Shown here piece after piece: positions 57,246-64,000 of a DNA stretch of 64,000 nt. The translations under genes were made by a program, and so were the position numbers. Source of the DNA: a virus; the IMG/VR virus record IMGVR_UViG_3300017613_001142, positions 1-64,000 of that record, one strand, 5' to 3'. The notes below the pieces were generated by a model, which had not been told where the DNA came from, ran no database searches, and was given only the letters and a program-made list of their open reading frames with translations. Every line of letters begins with the position of its first letter. Position 1 is the stretch's first letter.

Positions 57246-60176
57246 TTACAAATATTTACCGTCGTTTTCAAATATAGCTAAACTATCATCAGCTAACAGA
57301 TTCATCAAGGATTTTAAATCTTCCTTATTTTCAACTTTCCCGCTAACCATATGCGGCTGTTTATTCGGCATAAGATTCATTTTATCAATTGTGATTCCAA
57401 ACTGAAAACTATACCCGCCTTGGCCATTAGTCATAAAATTAACTGTGTCGCTAATATATGGGAGAGAATCAAGCGCAAATCGCGTCTGTTTCAACTCAAT
57501 TAAATGACGCCAACCTTCAAGTATCTCTTTACACCTTTCAAGCATTTGCGGCGTGATTTGGCGTGTTTGTTCAAACTCAAATCTGTTTATATGATCCAAA
57601 TCACGAATAGTCAACGCCCTCCCAAGAAACCGCTCAGGATATTTTTGTTTATCTCGCAACATTAACGGCCAATTACGTTGAAACCTATCACGCCTAACAG
57701 CTTCATTTTCATAACCAACATGCATTATAGACGCTGTTTGATCGTTAAAAATATAAGTTTCGCCAGTTCCTTTATTCAACCCGTTTTCAGGATGTTCATG
57801 CACCACGCCATAAAAACGTATTCCGTTGAAATTTCTAAATAATCTACATGGAAGATCGGTTTTACTGACTCCAACAGGCTCCGCACCGAAATGATGCTGT
57901 GGGATAGCGTAAGCTTTAAAGTGATTATCTCGCAAATACGGTTTTATTTTATCCGCCCATGTCCACATTTCATCGTCGTCAATCCACAAAATCCAATCAT
58001 GTTGGGCTTTGATAATCGTGGCGTTTCGCGCTTCTTCAAAACCTATTTCTATCGGACTTGCGTTTGCAAAAATAGTCACATTTGGAAACTGAGACGCGCT
58101 TTTATATGTCAAGCAATCCTCTAATTTACCGGATAACGTGCCTTGATCAACCGCAATTATAAATTCATCGACAAACCCGTTAATAGATTGTAATGTTTTA
58201 TGAATTGTCCCACAATTAGCTTTAGTAATTAGACACGCTGAAACTTTATCACGCGGATTTTGTTGGCGCGCTTTACGATCATAATCAATGATTTTAAAAC
58301 CGTTGGTAATATCAGACGTTCGAGTCCATGACCACAAATAAAATCCGAATTTATCGCCGTTTTGTTCAGGATGATTTACAAAAAGAGTTTCTTTGTCTAT
58401 TTTTCTGGCTAAAATTTCTTCAATATCAGAGTGTTCAAACTGGTGTAGATGTTGACGCTTGTAGGGATAGCGATCAAAGGACAAAGCTTCCCAATGTCCA
58501 TACGGTGTGCTAAGGAAACATTTTCCGCTGTATTTTACTGATTTCTCCATATCAGTTAGAAATTTTTGATAATCCCAAATATGCTCTAAAACTTCGCCAA
58601 CTATGACGGCGTCATATTTTTCAGATTCGAGTCTTGACGGATCAATACATTGAAATAATGAAACATTAGCAAGATTATTTTTAGCAATAAATTCGTTGCC
58701 AATCTCGATTTGTTTCCCATCTATGTCGCATCCCTCGAAAATCAAATCGGGGAACGTAGCGGCTAGAGCTGTTGTCACATGCCCAACACAACACCCATAA
58801 TCAAGCACACGACTACCCGGCGGCAATTGCGATATTTCATTAACTAACGGTCTCACACGCGGAATATTCAGCGTTTGTTGGTATGCTCCAAGCCCGTGGC
58901 TATCATCATTTTTTATATGATAATCAGCCATTTCCGCATAAAAATCAGTTGTGTCCGATAGATCGCGTCCTAGCGTCAAATAATTTTCAGCAAGAAACTG
59001 ATTATGTCCAAGGTTATGTTTCGCGTTCAATTCATTCGCGGCGGCTACATCTGAATTGTAAATAAAATGCTGAAATAGTCGTTCTTTTTTCTCTGTCAAC
59101 CTATTAAAATCTTTTTCAATCAATCGTTCTAATTTATTGACAGTATTATCCAAACCATATTCTTTCGATTTTTCAATAGCTTTATTATAAAGCGCGTCGT
59201 ATTTACTTGGTTTATCGCGCAACATCATAACCGCGTTTACAAACTCATTTGGTTGAGACCAAAATACACCCGCGTTATTTAATGTTTCTGGAAGCGCGGC
59301 GGTTTTCGTTGTTAAAAACGGTGTTCCGGCGGCTTGCTGTTCCATTGCGGTTATGCAACTAACCTCTTCAAAATCAGTTGGATAAATGTGAATCCATGCT
59401 TTTTTCATCAACTCAGCGAGTTCTTGCTTGCTGAGAAAACCGTAATTTCTAACGTTCGGTAATATCTGACATCTCTGCCACAACTGATTATATAACGGCG
59501 CGGATTGTGGTGTGGTATTATCATACCCGACGACGACTAATTGAATTTCAGGATCAATTTTATATAATTGTTCCATGATCCCGCCTTCGCCGACTAAATT
59601 AATTAATCCGCGTTCAGGTCGGGAACTGTAAATCATGATTTTGCTTTGCTTTTTCTCTTCCAGATCACCCGGCTGACACATCTCAAGATCAACACCATTA
59701 GGAATAAAATCAATATAATTTTCATTAATCCCATAAATCCGTTTGACTTGATCAACGTGAAACTGAGACACACACAGCACTTTATTAACGTTCCACATCA
59801 TGCCGTTGATATGCGGCGAATAACGTTTCAACGCTAGATCGTGAGTCCAAAAATAGTTCAACTTGGAAGCGTAATTGGCGTTAAAAATCCCGGCTGCTCT
59901 TTGCGCTAAAATGACATCAGTCGGTATATTTAGCGCGTGTTTCTGGAAGTTATCTCCGTATGGTGTTTCTTGCGAAACTTGACCAATTGGGATATATTCA
60001 ACGCCGTCCGTTATTGATATTTCAGGCGCATTGCAAAAACATTGTACTTTATGCCCTCGTTTGGCAAGTCCTTTTGCCACGTAGTAACCCATAGTTTCAG
60101 AGCCACCGAGAGACTTTCCTTGTCTGATTGTGTTACCGTCGAACGGTAATCCGGGGATATATGTTGTAATTTTCAT
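57246..60176 (-). CDS. three-domain enzyme: GT-B (GT4-like) glycosyltransferase, class I SAM methyltransferase, GT-A (GT2-like) glycosyltransferase
   Basis: N-terminus LGGSETMGYYVAKGLAKRGHKV and EEVSCITAMEQQAAGTP. Middle RVLDYGCCVGHVTTALA...AVIVGEVLEHI. C-terminus VSACLITKANCG...WILWIDDDE. Confidence 0.8.
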   Translation of the reverse strand: MKITTYIPGLPFDGNTIRQGKSLGGSETMGYYVAKGLAKRGHKVQCFCNAPEISITDGVEYIPIGQVSQETPYGDNFQKHALNIPTDVILAQRAAGIFNANYASKLNYFWTHDLALKRYSPHINGMMWNVNKVLCVSQFHVDQVKRIYGINENYIDFIPNGVDLEMCQPGDLEEKKQSKIMIYSSRPERGLINLVGEGGIMEQLYKIDPEIQLVVVGYDNTTPQSAPLYNQLWQRCQILPNVRNYGFLSKQELAELMKKAWIHIYPTDFEEVSCITAMEQQAAGTPFLTTKTAALPETLNNAGVFWSQPNEFVNAVMMLRDKPSKYDALYNKAIEKSKEYGLDNTVNKLERLIEKDFNRLTEKKERLFQHFIYNSDVAAANELNAKHNLGHNQFLAENYLTLGRDLSDTTDFYAEMADYHIKNDDSHGLGAYQQTLNIPRVRPLVNEISQLPPGSRVLDYGCCVGHVTTALAATFPDLIFEGCDIDGKQIEIGNEFIAKNNLANVSLFQCIDPSRLESEKYDAVIVGEVLEHIWDYQKFLTDMEKSVKYSGKCFLSTPYGHWEALSFDRYPYKRQHLHQFEHSDIEEILARKIDKETLFVNHPEQNGDKFGFYLWSWTRTSDITNGFKIIDYDRKARQQNPRDKVSACLITKANCGTIHKTLQSINGFVDEFIIAVDQGTLSGKLEDCLTYKSASQFPNVTIFANASPIEIGFEEARNATIIKAQHDWILWIDDDEMWTWADKIKPYLRDNHFKAYAIPQHHFGAEPVGVSKTDLPCRLFRNFNGIRFYGVVHEHPENGLNKGTGETYIFNDQTASIMHVGYENEAVRRDRFQRNWPLMLRDKQKYPERFLGRALTIRDLDHINRFEFEQTRQITPQMLERCKEILEGWRHLIELKQTRFALDSLPYISDTVNFMTNGQGGYSFQFGITIDKMNLMPNKQPHMVSGKVENKEDLKSLMNLLADDSLAIFENDGKYL

Positions 60177-60193
60177 ATTAATAAAATCTCATA

Positions 60194-60379
60194 TTAAAGT
60201 ATTCTAAAAACATCCCATTTTTCAGGATAATTGTTTTCATTTTTATTAAATTTTCTTTGCATAATCATGCGACTATTGCTTTTATACTCAGCATAACATT
60301 TTGAACATCGCATTATGCTGATTTTCATATCAAGCCAAAACTCATAATTGCCACATTCACATTCGAAACTTTCATTCAT
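60194..60379 (-). CDS. zinc-ribbon protein (61 aa)
   Basis: CECG...CSKC. Confidence 0.6.
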   Translation of the reverse strand: MNESFECECGNYEFWLDMKISIMRCSKCYAEYKSNSRMIMQRKFNKNENNYPEKWDVFRIL

Positions 60380-60404
60380 ATTTATTTACCCTTGAGAAAT
60401 CATA

Positions 60405-61238
60405 TTAAAATGGTAATTTTTCACAAATAAAACCAGCGGCTTTTTTATGACCACCTCCGCCAAATTTAGCGGCTATTTTTGAACAATCGACATTGTCCTT
60501 AGTCGAATACATGCTAAATGTATATTTCTGACCGTTAAAAGAGAATGGCATCATAATATCATGTTTTGATTCATCATATATAGAATCAAATAACTGTGAT
60601 CTTCTTTCATGGGAATTACAAACAATTGCTTTTAACCCTTCAAAATCAAGTTCAAATCCATTGTCTTTAACTTGTTTTTCATACTCTTTGGCAATATATC
60701 TTGAAATTGGATCACCTTCTTTGAGATAAAATTCAACGTCATCGCTATCTAATAAACTTTGCCAAATTTCATTAGTTGGGAAAGTTTCATAACTTCGCAT
60801 GGCGTTTTGAAACAGATTTGTTTTATCTTTATATTGAAACGCAAATACGTCATAATCGCCTAACAATTTTATCGCAAATGGAGTTGGTCTATTTTCAAAG
60901 AAATATTTCCATGCTAATTCGCAAGCGGCTGTCCCGTCTTTTCTTATTCCAGATAAGTCCAAATTCCCGAATTTTTCTAACGCCGAAGCATGATGATCAA
61001 TCCAAACAACACCATCAGTAATTTTATTTAATCGTTTCCATTCATTATTGTCTTTTAATGAATAATCAACGATATAAACTTGCTCACCTTTTTTGATCTT
61101 GTCAAACGGGAAATCACGATCATAATTTATTTCAAAAAAGTCATCTTTCTTGAATGGTAATCCATACTCTTTATAATATTTTGCGAGTATAGCGGCTGAA
61201 CAATGTCCGTCCAAATCATTATGATAAAAGCACTTCAT
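60405..61238 (-). CDS. DHH/DHHA1-family phosphoesterase
   Basis: FYHNDLDGHCSAAIL, YIVDYS, VWIDHHAS, GGGHKKAAGF. Confidence 0.85.
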   Translation of the reverse strand: MKCFYHNDLDGHCSAAILAKYYKEYGLPFKKDDFFEINYDRDFPFDKIKKGEQVYIVDYSLKDNNEWKRLNKITDGVVWIDHHASALEKFGNLDLSGIRKDGTAACELAWKYFFENRPTPFAIKLLGDYDVFAFQYKDKTNLFQNAMRSYETFPTNEIWQSLLDSDDVEFYLKEGDPISRYIAKEYEKQVKDNGFELDFEGLKAIVCNSHERRSQLFDSIYDESKHDIMMPFSFNGQKYTFSMYSTKDNVDCSKIAAKFGGGGHKKAAGFICEKLPF

Positions 61239-61252
61239 ATTAAAACCTTATA

Positions 61253-61444
61253 TTAATTACTGACTAGCATTTGTATTGTTGTGTCATATTCATTTTTCGT
61301 CGGACATTTAATTTCAAACGGCTCATGCTCTCCAATAAGACAAACTTGAACTATTTTCTTTTTCTTGTCTGCTTGCACAAATGCGATCATGCTTTTTCTC
61401 ACCCATACATCGTGAAGATGCGGTAATTTAATCAAATCATTCAT
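61253..61444 (-). CDS. hypothetical protein (63 aa)
   Basis: ORF track. Confidence 0.6.
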   Translation of the reverse strand: MNDLIKLPHLHDVWVRKSMIAFVQADKKKKIVQVCLIGEHEPFEIKCPTKNEYDTTIQMLVSN

Positions 61445-61538
61445 ATTAAAATCTCATATTTATACGGCTCATCAATATCTCAAATTCTAAGCGTTAGCAT
61501 TGTAAACATCTTGAACTTGGATTCAATAAGCCGCGTTT

Positions 61539-63398
61539 TTATATTAATCCATGTTGTTTAAATTTTCGTTCATAATCAATCATTCCTATTTCATTATTTT
61601 CAGAGCGCGTCCACTCCCATAAATAATTGGCGATAGGAATATTTTTAATCGGATAAGTCGGGATTTTAACAATCATAACATCCTGTTTATGCCCGATCAT
61701 TTCCTTTAAATCTTCAGGTTCATAATGATGAATATGTTCTCTATGCAATTCGTCCAATTCATCCGATAATATCTCAAGCGGGCCAGAAGGCGTTGTGATA
61801 TGCATCCGTCCACCAATCTTTAAACTTCTTTCGAGTCCTTCTAAAAACTCTTTATATTCAAGGATATGCTCTAATGTTTCTGTACAAATTACAAAATCAT
61901 ATTTTTCTGTTTCAAGTTTTTCAGGATCATCGCATTCAAAATACACAACATTATGGATATTTTCTTTTTCACTGAATTCATTAGCGATTTTCAATTTTAT
62001 CGGACTAATATCCGCGCCTTCAAACTTCAAAAGCGGAAACATTTTAGCTAATAAAACAGTTACTTCCCCGATTGAGCATCCATAATCCAAAACCAACGAT
62101 TCCGGTTCTAAATTTGACATATTATGAATTAAATGTTGAATGCGCGGAAATTTCATCAATCGGTCATACTCTCCCAAAACTTTCTGGAAGCCGCCTTTTT
62201 CAACTGTTTCATCAGCTACTTGATCTTGAAAATTCTTAGTGGCTCGAAAACTTTGATATAAAGTTTCAAAAGTTTCACGTAAAAAATCATCTTGTCCTAG
62301 ATTGCATTTTTCGTTTAAAATTTTCGCGGCGACTATATCGGAATTATAAATAAAACGATCAAATATTTTTTGCGGTTCAACTGACTGTTTTTCTAATGTC
62401 AAAAGTTTTGGAATCCAATATTTTTCAACCACTTCGTCCCATGTCATAGCTTTTGACCACGCGCCCGCGCTGTCATTCTCATATTTCAAACTTCCATGGA
62501 CGAATTTAGGATAAGCGATATATTCACTTCCAACCGTTTCCGATAAAGCCCCGATTTTATTAACGATTGGAACACAGCCGCAATACTGAGCTTTGACAGC
62601 GTTTAAACAAAACAATTCTGAGTCAGGATTATTTAGCGGTAAACACCAATATTGAGCTTTCCAATATTCGCGTTCGATTTCGTCTTTATTTAATTGTCCT
62701 AAATATTCAATCCCATCCTGTTTTAGAAGCGAATCAATTTGATTTTTAAATTGTCTGACTGGCATATTTCTGAAATCAAAATGCCGCCAACCATATGCAA
62801 CTTTTAATGTTAGTTCAGGATGTTTTTGTTTGATGTGTTTCCAATCGGTAAGTAATTGCAATAATCCCCTATCCGGTGAGCTACAATATAGCATTGTATT
62901 AGGGATTTTTTCACACTTGTTTTTATCAAGCGATTCAATATCAACACCAAGCGGAAAAGCATATTGTTTTTCAGACGGGACAAACACATTTCGACGACGC
63001 TGATAATGAGATATATTCACAAAAGCGTCTATCGAGTTGATATTAAAGTCATGCGTTTGTTGATTCATCCCCCAACTTGGCTCAATATCGGCGGTCAAGT
63101 GTATGTTTTTCTTTGCTTTCGCTCCTTTTAACCAAGGGGAATTGTCTTTAAATGTAATAAATATTTCATCAGCGTTACATTTCGCGCTTTCTCGCGGAAT
63201 ATAATGGACGCCGTTATGCAATTTAATCTCTTGTGTTCTCGCTGAATGATAAACAATCACGTCATAATCAGCGCGTTTTAACGCTTCAGCCAATAACACA
63301 ACCAGTTCTTCAGACCCACCAAGAAATTTATCAAGGTCAGTTGGTTCCCATGCGGGATAAACTTGATTTGTAAATATTTTAATTTTTTCTTTGCTCAT
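61539..63398 (-). CDS. two-domain enzyme: GT-B-like glycosyltransferase plus class I SAM methyltransferase (paralogue of 57246..60176)
   Basis: LGGSEELVVLLAEALKRADYDV. LVLDYGCSIGEVTVLLA...FVICTETLEHI. Linker FDRFIYNSDIVAAKILNEKCNLGQDDFL versus FQHFIYNSDVAAANELNAKHNLGHNQFL. Confidence 0.8.
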   Translation of the reverse strand: MSKEKIKIFTNQVYPAWEPTDLDKFLGGSEELVVLLAEALKRADYDVIVYHSARTQEIKLHNGVHYIPRESAKCNADEIFITFKDNSPWLKGAKAKKNIHLTADIEPSWGMNQQTHDFNINSIDAFVNISHYQRRRNVFVPSEKQYAFPLGVDIESLDKNKCEKIPNTMLYCSSPDRGLLQLLTDWKHIKQKHPELTLKVAYGWRHFDFRNMPVRQFKNQIDSLLKQDGIEYLGQLNKDEIEREYWKAQYWCLPLNNPDSELFCLNAVKAQYCGCVPIVNKIGALSETVGSEYIAYPKFVHGSLKYENDSAGAWSKAMTWDEVVEKYWIPKLLTLEKQSVEPQKIFDRFIYNSDIVAAKILNEKCNLGQDDFLRETFETLYQSFRATKNFQDQVADETVEKGGFQKVLGEYDRLMKFPRIQHLIHNMSNLEPESLVLDYGCSIGEVTVLLAKMFPLLKFEGADISPIKLKIANEFSEKENIHNVVYFECDDPEKLETEKYDFVICTETLEHILEYKEFLEGLERSLKIGGRMHITTPSGPLEILSDELDELHREHIHHYEPEDLKEMIGHKQDVMIVKIPTYPIKNIPIANYLWEWTRSENNEIGMIDYERKFKQHGLI

Positions 63399-63410
63399 AT
63401 TAATTTAAGA

Positions 63411-63447
63411 TAAAATCATAATAAAAGCGCGCCTCGAAAGACGCGCT
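63411..63447 (-). terminator. rho-independent terminator after the capsid gene
   Basis: AGCGCG-N10-CGCGCT, followed on the minus strand by TTTTATTATGATTTT. Confidence 0.65.
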
Positions 63448-63457
63448 AAAGAAAATA

Positions 63458-64000
63458 TTACGGCAAAATACCACCTGAACCTGAACTAGTCACGTTAGTG
63501 AGTAATCCGGCGAGTTCTTTAGTAAGAACTCTTTCATCTTGATAATATCCAACCTCAAACTCTTGCACTTTTCGACGTTGGTCATAAGGCAAGTTTTCCA
63601 CTCTCATATCAGGTACTTGAGGCACCATCCAACGGAATGAATACATATAAGACGGCTCTTGTATAGATGCGTTTCTAGGAGCGTAATACGTCAAAACGTT
63701 ATCACCCCAAACATCAGCAAGCGTATTGCCACCGCCTTCTTCTTCGGAATTATATTTTTGTTGTCCGATCAAAATTTCATCGACTTCCAATAAAGCTTTA
63801 ACCTGCTCGACAGAAGCGTCGCGCGCTCCACCAGTCACACCGGTTTTATTGGCCTTGTCAATCACGTTTTTATTTCTAGCAATTTCACGCCACGCGGTAT
63901 TGCCAATCAAAACGCGATTAGGACGCCAGCCAATAGCGTCTTCCTGTTGGTCCATTCGAGCTTGAATAGTTCCAATAGGATCAGAGTTAGTTCTATCGGT
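63458..64000 (-). CDS. major capsid protein, C-terminal part (N-terminus beyond window)
   Basis: The frame stays open to position 64000. Followed by a strong terminator. It is the first gene of the structural block in the window, and the family call comes from position and general resemblance only. Confidence 0.6.
   Translation of the reverse strand, partial: TDRTNSDPIGTIQARMDQQEDAIGWRPNRVLIGNTAWREIARNKNVIDKANKTGVTGGARDASVEQVKALLEVDEILIGQQKYNSEEEGGGNTLADVWGDNVLTYYAPRNASIQEPSYMYSFRWMVPQVPDMRVENLPYDQRRKVQEFEVGYYQDERVLTKELAGLLTNVTSSGSGGILP

Overview
This window looks like a contiguous piece of an AT-rich tailed dsDNA phage or prophage genome, siphovirus-like. Almost every gene is on the minus strand and packed tightly, with many ATGA or TAATG stop/start overlaps and GGAG-type RBSs. 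Transcription runs right to left. The late module spans 64000 to 39300: major capsid C-terminus, two large glycosyltransferase/methyltransferase fusion proteins plus a DHH phosphoesterase, a lysis cassette with an M15 endolysin, head-tail joining genes, tail tube, G/GT chaperones with an A_AAA_AAG -1 slip site, tape measure, distal tail/baseplate proteins, and two paralogous adaptor+fibre modules, one 1320 aa with an S74 chaperone domain. The remaining 39 kb carries replication and recombination genes (DnaB, replisome organiser with internal iterons, RecT plus YqaJ exonuclease, SNF2 helicase). It also carries DNA methyltransferases, homing endonucleases (GIY-YIG, HNH), nucleotide/RNA enzymes (HD, PRTase, Rnl2 RNA ligase, PP-loop protein, RlmN/Cfr-like radical SAM) and regulators (XRE, RHH, ImmA-like). 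Auxiliary genes include glutamate dehydrogenase, a J-domain protein and a DnaJ-type zinc-finger protein, and there are many small ORFs. Only three short plus-strand islands exist (about 14.0, 18.6 and 48.8 kb), each behind the same plus-strand promoter-like motif. The leads I rate highest: (1) the GT4-MTase(-GT2) paralogue pair beside the capsid gene, a candidate virion glycan/methylation module; (2) an array of small, visibly more G+C-rich cassettes at 32.5-35.2 kb, each preceded by a conserved ~19-bp element; (3) candidate small RNAs with a complete promoter and terminator at 43.8 kb (+) and 9.3-9.5 kb (-); (4) three gene disruptions that all need a +1 frame change; (5) an RlmN/Cfr-like radical SAM enzyme. 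No tRNA, rRNA, CRISPR array, integrase or terminase was recognised. All functional calls rest on motifs read by eye from the translations and need profile or structure searches.
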